From Acidobacteriota bacterium (GTDB taxonomy: Bacteria > Acidobacteriota > UBA6911 > RPQK01 > JAJDTT01), in NCBI GenBank assembly GCA_965263035.1, contig OZ253580.1:1504001-1568000 (forward strand): DNA of 64,000 nucleotides. The letters are read 5' to 3'. The position numbers and the translations under genes were made by a program. Under the pieces are notes generated by a model. That model was not told where the DNA came from. It did not search any database and saw nothing but the letters and a program-made list of their open reading frames with translations. Shown here in pieces: positions 21,365 through 31,713 of the stretch; positions within the stretch are counted from its first letter, which is position 1, and each line of letters starts with the position of its first letter.

Positions 21365-22522
21365 ATGAAATTGAATCGACGAGAAATGATCCGAACCGCC
21401 GCCACCGTGACCTCCATCACGGGCCTCTCCACGGGCGGCCGCGCCCGGGCCGGCACCGTCCGGGAGACTTCGGTGATCAGTCTCCGTCCCCATCTCTATC
21501 ATGGGTGGCCCACCGTGGCCCGGCGCTCCAGCGGGGAGCTGCTCCTGGTCTGCTCCGGAGGACGGGAAGCCCACGTCTGCCCCTTTGGATGGGTGGAGCT
21601 GATGCGGTCCCACGACGAAGGCCGGACCTGGACCTGGCCCCGGGTCTTGATGGACGGTCCCCTCGACGATCGGGACGCCGGAGTTCTCGAGACCGGCACG
21701 GGAACCCTGCTGGTCACCACTTTCACCTCAGTCGCTTACGAGCGCCCGTTGGCCAAGGCTCCGGCCGAAACCCGGGGCAGTGGCGGGGCTTGGCCGGAGG
21801 AGAAGATGACCCGCTGGCAAGCCGCCCACGCCCGGATCCCGGTCCACCGGCGGGAGGCCCTGTTGGGCGGGTGGATGCTCCGGTCCACCGACGGCGGCGA
21901 CACCTGGTCGGCCCCCTGCCGGGTCCCCGTCAACAGTCCCCACGGCCCCGTTCAGCTCTCCGACGGACGACTGCTCTACCCCGGAAAACAGTTCGGGCAC
22001 GGGGAGGGCCGGATCGGCGCTTGTGAATCCGCCGACGACGGCAAGAGTTGGCGCTGGGCGGGGGGGATCCCCACCCGTCCGGGGGACAGCCAGCATGATT
22101 ATCACGAGCTGCACGGGATCGAGGCCGCCGACGGCACCCTCATCATCCAGATCCGAAACCACAACGACGCGAACGCCCGGGAGACCCTTCAGTCCGAGTC
22201 CGGCGACGGCGGCCGGACCTGGTCGGAACCCCATTCCATCGGCGTCTGGGGCCTGCCCTCCCACCTGCTCCGGCTCCGGGACGACCGGCTGGTCATGACC
22301 TACGGATACCGGCGCAAGCCCTACGGCAACCAGGCCCGGGTGAGCACCGACAACGGCCGGACCTGGTCCGAGCCCGTCACGCTCTCGGCGGACGGTCACT
22401 CGGGTGACCTGGGCTACCCCTCGACGGTCGAATTGAACGACGGTTCGCTGCTGAGCATCTGGTACGAGAAGCTGGAGAGTTCGCCCCGCGCGGTTCTGCG
22501 CCAGGCCCGCTGGTCGCTATAG
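21365..22522 (+). CDS. Tat-exported sialidase/BNR-repeat family protein
   Basis: NRREMI twin-arginine signal; Asp-boxes SHDEGRTW, STDGGDTW, SADDGKSW, SGDGGRTW, STDNGRTW; DLGYPS. Confidence 0.88.
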   Translation: MKLNRREMIRTAATVTSITGLSTGGRARAGTVRETSVISLRPHLYHGWPTVARRSSGELLLVCSGGREAHVCPFGWVELMRSHDEGRTWTWPRVLMDGPLDDRDAGVLETGTGTLLVTTFTSVAYERPLAKAPAETRGSGGAWPEEKMTRWQAAHARIPVHRREALLGGWMLRSTDGGDTWSAPCRVPVNSPHGPVQLSDGRLLYPGKQFGHGEGRIGACESADDGKSWRWAGGIPTRPGDSQHDYHELHGIEAADGTLIIQIRNHNDANARETLQSESGDGGRTWSEPHSIGVWGLPSHLLRLRDDRLVMTYGYRRKPYGNQARVSTDNGRTWSEPVTLSADGHSGDLGYPSTVELNDGSLLSIWYEKLESSPRAVLRQARWSL

Positions 22523-24040
22523 CGGGACAGGCCTGCGGGTGCCGGCCCTCCGGTGCTGCCAGTAGCTGACGAGCGTCCCGATGGACAGGTCCACGGTCAG
22601 GGCGACGGGCGCTACCCATATGAAGCTGACCGGATCCTCGCCTGTGACCGGGTTCATACCGAAGATGGATCCGGAAAAGGCGGTCAACCCTGCGGCCAAA
22701 ATCCCCAGAATCGTACCCACGCCCACTCCCAACGGCTTGGCAAAGGGAACGAAGAAGGCGAAGAAGAAGAGCCCGAAGATGGGCGCCGTCAGGAGCGCCG
22801 ACGTCTTGTTGCTGACCGCCCAGATGTTCCCGGGCACGTGCTCCAGGAAGGAACTGCCCACCACGACGAGGGCTCCGATGACGAAGGCCAGGATCTTGGC
22901 GATTCGGGTGCGCGCCCGCTCATTCTCAGGGAGTTTTCCGAAACGCGCCAGAAAATCCTGGTTGACGACGGCCGTGATGGAATTGACCCCGGAATCGATG
23001 CTGGACATGGCCGCGGCAAACATGGCGGAGACCACCAGTCCCGAAATGCCCGGCGGCAGCAGGTAGGCGATGTAATAGGGGAAGACGTCGTCCCCGTTCC
23101 CGGTGAGCTCGATCCCTGCGGGAAGTTTCCCGGGGAATTCCCGGAAGAATCCCAACAGGGCGAATCCCACCATCCAGAGGGATACGATGACGACGACGTT
23201 CACGATCTGGTGGGTCAGGTAGGCCCGGCGGGCCGCGCGGGCGTCCCGGGTCGCCATGAAGCGCTGGACCATGGTCTGGTCGCCTCCGGCGACGCAGACG
23301 GTGAGGACGAAGACGTAGAAGATGGATCCGAGGATGCTGACCCGAACCCCGGGATCGAAGCTGAACAGGGGTTGAACGTCCCAGTGAGGCTGCCAGCCGG
23401 TGGGCACCCAACCCAGGCCGCCCAACTCCCAGGTCACCAGGCCGATGGCCAGGCAGGCACCGCCAAACATGAGAAGTGTCTGGACGGTGTCGGTGATCAC
23501 CACCGCCCGAAGACCACCCAATGAGGTGTACAGGACCGCCACCAGCCCGGTCAGGAGGGTGATCATAGGGATCCAGGATGGGTCCACCCCCATCATGAGG
23601 GCCATGGCCTTGGCGGACAGGAACACCAGCAGCGACATCCAGATGAGCCGAACCATAAGGAACAGCACCGCTCCCAACAGCCGGATTGCCAGACCCAGCC
23701 GCTCTTCCAGGAGCTCGTAGGCGCTGGTCACCCGGCTCCTCATGTAGACGGGAATGATGGCGTAGGCCACGATCAGGAAGGCGAAGGGATAGGCCAGGAA
23801 GTTGAGCAGTCCCCCCGGCCCTTTGGAGATGGCTTCCCCGGGGACGGCCAGATAGGAAATCGTGCTCAGCAGCGTGGCGAACATGGAGAACCCGATGAGG
23901 ATCGGGTTCATCCGGCCGCTGCCGGTAAAGTACTCCCGGGTCGTCTTCTGCCGGCGGCCGTAGTAGTAACCCAGGGCGACGGTTCCCAGGGCGTAGAGAA
24001 AAATGATGGCCCAGTCGACAGCCGTCAGTCCGCCCGGCAA
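22517..24040 (-). CDS. Sodium:solute symporter (SSS family)
   Basis: SAYELLEERLG, YTSLGGLRAVVITD, DQTMVQRF, FAAAMSSIDSG; SD AGGAGG before the TTG start. Confidence 0.92.
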   Translation of the reverse strand: MPGGLTAVDWAIIFLYALGTVALGYYYGRRQKTTREYFTGSGRMNPILIGFSMFATLLSTISYLAVPGEAISKGPGGLLNFLAYPFAFLIVAYAIIPVYMRSRVTSAYELLEERLGLAIRLLGAVLFLMVRLIWMSLLVFLSAKAMALMMGVDPSWIPMITLLTGLVAVLYTSLGGLRAVVITDTVQTLLMFGGACLAIGLVTWELGGLGWVPTGWQPHWDVQPLFSFDPGVRVSILGSIFYVFVLTVCVAGGDQTMVQRFMATRDARAARRAYLTHQIVNVVVIVSLWMVGFALLGFFREFPGKLPAGIELTGNGDDVFPYYIAYLLPPGISGLVVSAMFAAAMSSIDSGVNSITAVVNQDFLARFGKLPENERARTRIAKILAFVIGALVVVGSSFLEHVPGNIWAVSNKTSALLTAPIFGLFFFAFFVPFAKPLGVGVGTILGILAAGLTAFSGSIFGMNPVTGEDPVSFIWVAPVALTVDLSIGTLVSYWQHRRAGTRRPVPL

Positions 24041-24093
24041 GGACTCCTCCTATCCCGCCGGACCTCGCGAAGAGCCTCCCGCGGCGCTGGACT

Positions 24094-24681
24094 CTACTGT
24101 TCGGAGAGCTTGCTTTCGATCAGGCTCACGACTCCAGGATCGTCGGGACGCGTCCTGGGCTGGAATCGTGCAACGACGTTTCCGGACCGGTCCAGAACGA
24201 ATTTCTCGAAGTTCCAGCTGATCTCGCCGGGCCCCTGGGGCGAGGTCGTGACCGACTTGAGGTACTTGTAGAGATCGGCCGCGCCGTCGCCGTTGACCTC
24301 GATCTTGGAGAACATGTCGAACTCGACTCCGTAGTTGGCGCTGCAGAACTTGCGGATCTCTTCGTCGCTGCCGGGTTCCTGGCCCTTGAACTGGTTGCAG
24401 GGGAATCCGAGGATCGCCAAGCCCTGTCCGGAGTACTTCTGGTGCAGGTCCTGAAGCTGCTCGTATTGCGGCGTCAGCCCGCACTTGCTGGCCACGTTCA
24501 CGATCATCACGACCTTGCCCTTGTAGGCGCCCAGATCCACGTCCTTGCCGTCCAGGGATTTCAGGGTGAAGTCGAGTGCGGGCGCGGCCTTTTCGCCCCC
24601 CTCAAGGCTGACGGTTCCGGCAACCAGGAGTACCAGAACCAGACAGACAGCGGATGGAAACAGATCAGAGAGACTGGACAT
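24094..24681 (-). CDS. Glutathione peroxidase family protein with signal peptide
   Basis: NVASKCGLTPQY, GFPCNQF, WNFEKF. Confidence 0.92.
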   Translation of the reverse strand: MSSLSDLFPSAVCLVLVLLVAGTVSLEGGEKAAPALDFTLKSLDGKDVDLGAYKGKVVMIVNVASKCGLTPQYEQLQDLHQKYSGQGLAILGFPCNQFKGQEPGSDEEIRKFCSANYGVEFDMFSKIEVNGDGAADLYKYLKSVTTSPQGPGEISWNFEKFVLDRSGNVVARFQPRTRPDDPGVVSLIESKLSEQ

Positions 24682-24884
24682 GAGAGATCCTCCTCACAAC
24701 AACCCGGCGTCCACCGGAAACAATTACGGTGTGCCTCAGTTTACTCCGAGCGGGCGAGAGAAATCCATACTCGGAACCTGTCCAAACCGATGACGGTCCA
24801 TCTGGGGGAACCCCGAACGGCCGTCGTCCGGGACAAGACCGATCGCCCCTGTATTCGTCACGGCGAGCGGGCTATCATTTGCGG

Positions 24885-25988
24885 ATGAGCAAACCACTGA
24901 TCGTCGACCTGCATCTGGACCTGGCCTGGGACGCGCTCTACTGGAATCGGGACCTGACCCTGACCGCTCACGAGGTGCGGGAGCAGGAACGGCGGGAACC
25001 TCCCCAAGTCGCTCCCGGCCACACCTGCGGGACCTGCACCACCACCTTTCCCGAACTCCGCCAGGGTGGCGTCGGAGTCATCCTCAGCACCATCATGTCC
25101 CGGGTCCAGACTCGATCGGGGCGCATGAAGGACGGCCTGCGGACCCAGGAACTGTGCATCGGCATGGGACGGGGACACTTGGCCTACTATCAGGCCATGA
25201 CCCGCCAGGGCCACCTCAAGTCGGTGCACAGTTGGGCCGATCTGGAAGAGGCCATCGAGGCGTGGAAGGATCCGAAGCCGGACACCCCCCTCTACCACGT
25301 CCTGTCCATGGAGAGCGCGGATCCCATCGCCGATCCCGACGACGTGGAGTTCTGGTGGGACGCCGGACTGCGCGTGGTGGGTCCCGCCCACTTCGGCGAC
25401 AACACCTATATCCACGGCACCGGCACCGAGGGGGGGCTCAAGCCTCCCGCCCCGGCTCTCTACCGGGCCCTGCGCCAGGCCGGGATCATCCTGGACATCA
25501 CCCACATGGCCGATCAGGCCGTCTGGGAGTCCCTGGAAATCTGGGACGGTCCCATCGTCGCCACCCATTGCTCCGCCCGGGCCCTGATCAAGGGCCAGCG
25601 TCACCTCACCGACGACATGATCCGCGAGGTGATCCGGCGGGGTGGAGTCATCGGCATGGTCTTCTGCCAGAGCTTCATCGACCCGGCCATCGAATGGGGA
25701 AGCCGGCCGGCGATCGACGGCTGCGGGGGCAAGTACGGCATGGACGGGTTCATCCCCATCATCGAGCATATCGGCGATCTGGCCGGCGGCACGCTGGAGA
25801 ACGTCGCCGTCGGGACCGACATGGACGGCGGATTCGGAGCCGAGATGACGCCCAAGGACGTGGACACCATGGCGGACGTCGCCAATTTCGCGACCGTCCT
25901 GTCCGGTGCCGGCTATCGCGCGGAAGACGTCGAAGGGATCCTGAGCGGCAATTCCCTCAGGCTGTTCGAGCGGGTCTGGAACTCCTGA
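24885..25988 (+). CDS. Membrane dipeptidase (peptidase M19)
   Basis: DLHLDL, MESAD, LDITHM, ATHC, GTDMDGGF; TATCAT -10 lies 6 nt upstream of the ATG. Confidence 0.88.
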   Translation: MSKPLIVDLHLDLAWDALYWNRDLTLTAHEVREQERREPPQVAPGHTCGTCTTTFPELRQGGVGVILSTIMSRVQTRSGRMKDGLRTQELCIGMGRGHLAYYQAMTRQGHLKSVHSWADLEEAIEAWKDPKPDTPLYHVLSMESADPIADPDDVEFWWDAGLRVVGPAHFGDNTYIHGTGTEGGLKPPAPALYRALRQAGIILDITHMADQAVWESLEIWDGPIVATHCSARALIKGQRHLTDDMIREVIRRGGVIGMVFCQSFIDPAIEWGSRPAIDGCGGKYGMDGFIPIIEHIGDLAGGTLENVAVGTDMDGGFGAEMTPKDVDTMADVANFATVLSGAGYRAEDVEGILSGNSLRLFERVWNS

Positions 25989-25995
25989 TCCGGGT

Positions 25996-26757
25996 TCAGT
26001 ATTCGATCTTCACCCAGTCGAACATGATCAGACCCTTGGGCAGGCGGTCCCGATCCACAGGGTAGTCGACCCCTGCCCGGGGGGTGTGCAGATCCGTCAC
26101 GCCGTCCGAGAGAGGGACCACCTCCAACGGGAACAGGACGAAGATGAGGTCGATGTTCACGTCCTCCAGCACCTTCCCGATATCGTCGCAGCCGTACAGT
26201 TCGGTCGTGTCGTGACGCGACCCCAGGCAGGTCCATTGTTCGGGGTCAGGCGCCAGAGTCACGGTCTGCTCGCTCCATTCCCGGGTGACCCGGAAGGGTT
26301 GGCCGGTCAGAACCATGTTGGCCGTGGTCTTGTCGGTCTCGGATTGGGCCAGCAGCAGAAGCTCGGCCCCACCGTCCTGCAACTCTCCCCGCAGCCGGAC
26401 CGTCATCCGGGCGTTGGCCAGACGGGTCGAGTAGCCCTGCTCCACGAACGAGTTGTTGGTGTAGGGCAGGCGGGTGGCCGCCGTGGGATGCTCGTACCAC
26501 CTCCCGTCGGTGTACAGCCACATCACCAGGTGGAGATAACCCGCTCCGGGCGGAGCGTGGTTGGAATCCAGAAACCAGGGGCCGTGACAATAGGCCACTC
26601 CGTCCCACACCGGCAGCGCGTAGTGCCGGTCGGCGTACCAGCCTCCATTTCCGTGATCGAAGTCTTCCAGGTAGACCCGGGCATCCCCAACCTGTCCCGG
26701 ACCGCAACCCGTCAGGGCCACCACACACCCGGTCAGCAGGAGTTCTCTCATTCTCAT
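25996..26757 (-). CDS. Hypothetical lipoprotein
   Basis: MRMRELLLTGCVVALTGC lipobox; aromatic-rich, predicted beta body. Confidence 0.7.
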   Translation of the reverse strand: MRMRELLLTGCVVALTGCGPGQVGDARVYLEDFDHGNGGWYADRHYALPVWDGVAYCHGPWFLDSNHAPPGAGYLHLVMWLYTDGRWYEHPTAATRLPYTNNSFVEQGYSTRLANARMTVRLRGELQDGGAELLLLAQSETDKTTANMVLTGQPFRVTREWSEQTVTLAPDPEQWTCLGSRHDTTELYGCDDIGKVLEDVNIDLIFVLFPLEVVPLSDGVTDLHTPRAGVDYPVDRDRLPKGLIMFDWVKIEY

Positions 26758-26801
26758 TGGAAATTCCCCCAAGGAGGACGACTGAAAGTCGCCCCTCCCA
26801 T

Positions 26802-29633
26802 TCAGCGCCGGCGGTAGGGATAGAGGTCGAGGATCCGCTCCACCTCGGGCCTCCAAGATGGGCGAGCCCGCCACTCTTCCTCCAAGGGAAGATGGGCCAT
26901 CCAGATGTCTCCCATCCTCTCCTTCAAAGTGAAAACGAGTTTGTCCCGGGCGACGTTGGTCCTCAGCGAGCTGGGCGAGACCCCTGCCAGCGATAGACGG
27001 GTCTCCCGAAAGTGCCAGACCAACCTGGGGTCTCCCACCTGCCGTCTGTCTACCGGGTCCAGTTGCTGCACCCAGATACCGCGGGCCCCCCCTCGGTTGG
27101 AGACGAAGTACAGGAGATTTCCGTTCGGGGACCAGCCGGTCATCCCGTCCCTGTCCTGTCCGTCCGTGACGGCCATCCACAGCTCGGGGGCGATACCCGG
27201 GCTCTCATGAAACTCTTCCTGGCGGAAGGGCGCCACATAGATTCTGGCCCGAAGTGGACCCTCGGCCACCGTAAACGCGACCCATCTGGCAGCAGGATCG
27301 AGCCTGGCCTGAACCACGCTGTACTGGGGATGCTCCAGCAGCTTGAGCCGTCTCCCGCTGGTCACGTCCAGAAGATCGACTCTTGACCGTCTTTCTCCCC
27401 TTATCCGGCGCACCACCAGGATATCGTCTCCCTGAGAGGACCAGTCCAGGGGACGGCCGCAATCCTGACAGACCCGGGCCCTGGGAGTCTGTCTCCGGGC
27501 CTCCACTCGATAGATGCTCTGGCCCTCCGAATCGGATTCGCCGGCGTTGTAGGCGACCTGACTGCCATCGGTCCGGATCCTGGGGCGCCGATCGTCTCCC
27601 GGACTCTCGGTGAGGTTGATCTCCGCGCCCGACTCCAGGTCCATGAGCCAGATGTCCCGATTCCCGGAGCGGGTGGACTCGAAGGCCATCAGGCCTCCGT
27701 CTCCGGACAGGGACGGATGGGAATCCTCTCCCGCATGTTGCGTGAGCCGCTGCAGACGCGCTCCCTCCGGCACGCGTCCCCGATCGGCGTCGATAGCCAG
27801 ACTCCAGAGATCCAGGTTCTCGACCTGCGAGGAAAAGGCGATCCGGCCCGGCAGGACCGCGAAAGGCTCCAGCTCGGGGCCGACGCCGGACGTGATCTGC
27901 CGGGGTTCACCCGAGAGGGACAGGGTTCGGGGCGAGACGGCAACGCGCCACAAGTTGACGCTGTCCCCACGGTGGGCGGAGAAGACGATGAAGTTGTCGA
28001 TGGGTACCCAGACCCCGGGGATCACCAGGCCGGATATCCCGGCCTGGGGCAACCTGGCCGCCAGACCCAGCCTCCGGATCTCACCGTCCTCCAGCCGAAG
28101 AATCCACCAGTCGAAGTCTTCGTCGCGCCGGGAGGATTCCCAGCCCAGGAATACGATGTGATCTCCCCGGGGAGACCAGATGGGATGACTCGCGACCGCG
28201 AAATTCTCCGCCAGTTGAGTCCGGGCCCGATTTGAACTCCAGCCGGTGGTGAAGAGGGAGCCTCGCTTGAAGTCGGCGCCGACACGTCCCGTCCAGTAGG
28301 CGATACGGCTGCCTTGGGGGGAGACCCTGGGACGGCGTCCCCGCTCGGCGATGAATCTGGCGCTGGCCTCGTCCCCCAGTGTGGTGGTCCAGTAGAGACC
28401 GCCGCCGCGCCGTTCGGATCGAAACACCATCCTGGTCCCGTCGGGATGAAAGGAGGGCTGGCGATCGTCGGCCGGGTCCCGGGTTCGCCGGGAGCCGCCC
28501 CCACCCAGCTGTTGAACCCAGATGTCCAGGTTCCCCTCGCCACTCCGGTCCGAGGCGTACCCCAGCAGCCGTCCCCGCCGGGAGATGGCCGGATCGACGG
28601 TGAGACCCGACACCGACGTCACCCGGGTCAGCATGGGTGGCTGAACCAGTCTTGCAGGATCTCCCGCGGTTCCCCACCACAATCCCCCGAACAGGACCGC
28701 CACCAGTGCCAGAGCAGCTACGGAGAACTGCCAGAGCGACAGTAACAATAACCGGCCCCTCCACCGCCGGGGAGTCTCCGTCTCCTGGAGCACGTCCTCC
28801 AGGGCCAACCGCAGGTCGCGCATGTGTTGGAAACGCCGCGCGGGATCCTTCCGCAGGCACCGGGCCACGACCCACTCCAATTGCTGGGGGACGCCCCGAA
28901 CCTGCCTTCCCAGGGGCTTGGGCTCCTTCTCCAGAATCCCCGCCAGCACCCGCGCCTGGCTCTCTCCCGGAAAGGCCTTGCGGCCGGTGACCATCTCGTA
29001 GAGCAGCGACCCGAAGGAAAAAATGTCCGTCCGCGGATCCAGGGGCAACCCTTCGACCTGTTCGGGACTCATGTACGGAGCCGTCCCCAGGATCACGCCC
29101 TTTCTCGTCTTCTCGTCCATCAGGGTGGGAGAATGAGTCAGGTCCAGAGGCTCGGAACTCTCGTCGATCGCCTTGGCCAGGCCGAAGTCCAGAACCTTGA
29201 CCCCGTCGTCGGGCGTAATCATCACGTTGGCCGGCTTCAGGTCCCGGTGGATCACCCCTTTTTCGTGGGCGGCCTCTACACCTTGAGCAATTTCCACCGC
29301 GTAACGCACGGCTTTCTTCAAGGGCAGAGAACCTTTTTCCAGGAGCTCACCCAGTGTCTTTCCTTCCACCAGCTCCAGAATGAAGAACTTCTGGTCGTTG
29401 GCCTCTTCGAACCCGTAGATGGCCGCGATGTTGGAGTGGTTGAGAGAAGCCAGGACCCGAGCCTCCCGCTGAAAACGGGAGAGGCGTTCGGAGTCTTCGG
29501 CGTAGCCTGGAGGGAGTATCTTGATGGCGACTTGCCGATTCAGGCGCGTATCCCGGGCGCGGTAGACCTCGCCCATCCCCCCGGCTCCGAGGGGTCCGAT
29601 GATCTCGTAGCTGCCGAGCAGATCGTCAGGCAT
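26802..29633 (-). CDS. Hanks-type Ser/Thr kinase with TM and TolB-like (PD40) beta-propeller
   Basis: GAGGMGEVY, VAIK, HRDLKPAN, DFG, YMSPE; TM; repeated SPxG motifs. Confidence 0.93.
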   Translation of the reverse strand: MPDDLLGSYEIIGPLGAGGMGEVYRARDTRLNRQVAIKILPPGYAEDSERLSRFQREARVLASLNHSNIAAIYGFEEANDQKFFILELVEGKTLGELLEKGSLPLKKAVRYAVEIAQGVEAAHEKGVIHRDLKPANVMITPDDGVKVLDFGLAKAIDESSEPLDLTHSPTLMDEKTRKGVILGTAPYMSPEQVEGLPLDPRTDIFSFGSLLYEMVTGRKAFPGESQARVLAGILEKEPKPLGRQVRGVPQQLEWVVARCLRKDPARRFQHMRDLRLALEDVLQETETPRRWRGRLLLLSLWQFSVAALALVAVLFGGLWWGTAGDPARLVQPPMLTRVTSVSGLTVDPAISRRGRLLGYASDRSGEGNLDIWVQQLGGGGSRRTRDPADDRQPSFHPDGTRMVFRSERRGGGLYWTTTLGDEASARFIAERGRRPRVSPQGSRIAYWTGRVGADFKRGSLFTTGWSSNRARTQLAENFAVASHPIWSPRGDHIVFLGWESSRRDEDFDWWILRLEDGEIRRLGLAARLPQAGISGLVIPGVWVPIDNFIVFSAHRGDSVNLWRVAVSPRTLSLSGEPRQITSGVGPELEPFAVLPGRIAFSSQVENLDLWSLAIDADRGRVPEGARLQRLTQHAGEDSHPSLSGDGGLMAFESTRSGNRDIWLMDLESGAEINLTESPGDDRRPRIRTDGSQVAYNAGESDSEGQSIYRVEARRQTPRARVCQDCGRPLDWSSQGDDILVVRRIRGERRSRVDLLDVTSGRRLKLLEHPQYSVVQARLDPAARWVAFTVAEGPLRARIYVAPFRQEEFHESPGIAPELWMAVTDGQDRDGMTGWSPNGNLLYFVSNRGGARGIWVQQLDPVDRRQVGDPRLVWHFRETRLSLAGVSPSSLRTNVARDKLVFTLKERMGDIWMAHLPLEEEWRARPSWRPEVERILDLYPYRRR

Positions 29634-31272
29634 TTCCGGCGTCCAGTCTCTCCACCACCAGAACCGTGAGATCGTCGCAGGCCGAGGCCTTACCCATGAA
29701 GCTCCGGACGGCCGACAGGATGGCCTCTTGGACCACGGCCCCTCCGGAAGCCGCCGACTCCCGGACGACGTCCACCAAACGGGATTCTCCGAACATTTCC
29801 CCGTTCGGATCCATGGCCTCGGTCACCCCATCCGAATATACGACGAGAATGTCGCCTACGTTCAGACGGAAGGGAACGGACTCGTAGGTGACGTCTTCGA
29901 AGGCGCCCAGGATCATGCCGCACGGCAAAAGCTCCTCGATCCCGCCGGTCGCCACCCGACAGACGTACGCGGGGTTGTGGCCGGCGCTCACGTACGCCCC
30001 CTCACCCGAGGGTTTGACCCGGAAGAGGAAGAGGGTGACAAAACGGTTGCTCGGAGTCTTCTGGAAGAGATGGTTGTTGGCTCCGGTGACGGCCTCGCCC
30101 AAGGACAAACTGGAACCGAATCCAACCTCCAGGACCCCCTGGAGAAAAGAGCTCAGCAACGCGGCGGGGACGCCCTTTCCAGACACGTCCGCCAGAACGC
30201 CGGTCAGATCCTGGCTGTCCGGACCGAGAAAGTCGTAGTAGTCGCCCCCCACGTAACGAGTGGGCGTGCTGGAGGCATGGACGCTGAAGGACCGGGAATC
30301 GGGAAGGTTCTGGGGAAGCAGAGCACGTTGAGTCGCCTGGGCCAGGGACATTTCCTGTTGGACCCGCTTCCGTTCCTCCAGACTCTCGATCAGTTTCAGC
30401 TTCTCGAAGACGTTGGAGGCCTCCAGGGCCAGCCGGGTCAGGATCTTCTGATCCAGGCCGCTGAGCATGTGCATGGCCTTCCGGCTGTCCAGGTAGAGGA
30501 TGCCTCGGACAGCCGGCCGGTCGCCGTCATCGGAGATCCACTTCAGGGGCAGGCAGGCCACGGCTCGAAGCCGCATGTTGACGATGCTCTCCTGGGCGGC
30601 GAACTCCTGGTCGATGCCCTCGGTCATGAAGAGCGAATCCCCTCGTTTGGCCACCTGCTCGACCACGGTACGGCTGGTGTTGAACTCGCTCTCGGAGAGG
30701 TGTTCGCCCCGGTGGTCCATACCCACCACGTAGTCGAAATTCTGTCCCGAGAAGGTCAGCAGAAATCCCCGCTCCGCACCGCTCACCCGCAACGCCGACT
30801 CCAGTAGCTGACCCAACATCCGGTCTGCCGAAAAGGTCTGGCCCCATTGATATTGGAAATCCAGGATATGGGAGATCTTCTCCAACTCCGAGGCGGCCGA
30901 CGCAACGGGGGGGAGCACCGCCGAAAGCTGCAGGACGGACTCCTCCAGGTTCAGGGTCCTGTGCCCGTCCTGCTCCACCGGGCCCGTATAGCTGAGCTCG
31001 CCCGGACCGGGTCCCATCCGGATTTTGTCACCGGCCTCCAGGACCCGTTCAAGGACGCGGTTCCCATTGACGAAGGTCCCGTGTGTGCTGTTCAGATCGA
31101 TGACCTTGTAGCCCCGATCCTGCCGCACCAACCGGGCATGCCGCCGCGAGACGTAGGGATCGGTCAGGACGATGTCCGAATCGGATCTGCGCCCGATGAA
31201 CAGTTCCTGCTTCCGAAGCGCCACCCGGCAGGGCCGGCCACCCTGATGCCATTCCAGACAGTGAGCGCCCAT
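29626..31272 (-). CDS. FHA + GAF + PP2C (SpoIIE/RsbU) phosphatase
   Basis: FHA IGR...VSRRHA...STHGTFVNG; GAF GILYLDS; PP2C VGGDYYD, DVSGKG, YSDGVTEA, DDLT. Confidence 0.92.
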   Translation of the reverse strand: MGAHCLEWHQGGRPCRVALRKQELFIGRRSDSDIVLTDPYVSRRHARLVRQDRGYKVIDLNSTHGTFVNGNRVLERVLEAGDKIRMGPGPGELSYTGPVEQDGHRTLNLEESVLQLSAVLPPVASAASELEKISHILDFQYQWGQTFSADRMLGQLLESALRVSGAERGFLLTFSGQNFDYVVGMDHRGEHLSESEFNTSRTVVEQVAKRGDSLFMTEGIDQEFAAQESIVNMRLRAVACLPLKWISDDGDRPAVRGILYLDSRKAMHMLSGLDQKILTRLALEASNVFEKLKLIESLEERKRVQQEMSLAQATQRALLPQNLPDSRSFSVHASSTPTRYVGGDYYDFLGPDSQDLTGVLADVSGKGVPAALLSSFLQGVLEVGFGSSLSLGEAVTGANNHLFQKTPSNRFVTLFLFRVKPSGEGAYVSAGHNPAYVCRVATGGIEELLPCGMILGAFEDVTYESVPFRLNVGDILVVYSDGVTEAMDPNGEMFGESRLVDVVRESAASGGAVVQEAILSAVRSFMGKASACDDLTVLVVERLDAGNA

Positions 31273-31713
31273 TGCTTCACTCACGACCACCCGCGGCAAG
31301 AATTCTCTTGGAATTCAGCCGGTTCCGCATCCATGCGGCCAGCGTTGTCCAGCGGACTCATACGCCGTCGGATGCCCCATGTTTCTCCCGGTCCGGAGGC
31401 GGCAGCCCCGGGCTCGATGCTCCGCGGCCTTTTCAGCACCGAACAATACGGCAGAACGCCTGCATTATAGTCTCGCATCTGCCCCGATAGCCTACACCGT
31501 TGAAGCGAATCCCGAGAATCGTTCCCCGGGGAGGCCTCGGAGCCGATTTGGAGTTGACTTTCCCAGATTTTTCCCGAATATGAGTGGGAGTGCGCGGGCT
31601 TCTGCACCGTGACTCTTCGACAGTGTAGAATGACCTCTCCGGATTGAACCCGCAGATTGCAGGTGGTCGAACGGGATGACTGTACCCCACAGACGAGAGG
31701 AGAAAACAAGACT

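Noticed and set aside
31632-31705. Possible riboswitch before the Mo-enzyme operon (CCTCTC could pair with the SD GAGAGG)
   Set aside because: No recognisable Moco or xanthine aptamer consensus, and the 5' strand lies mostly upstream of the start site implied by the TAGAAT -10.
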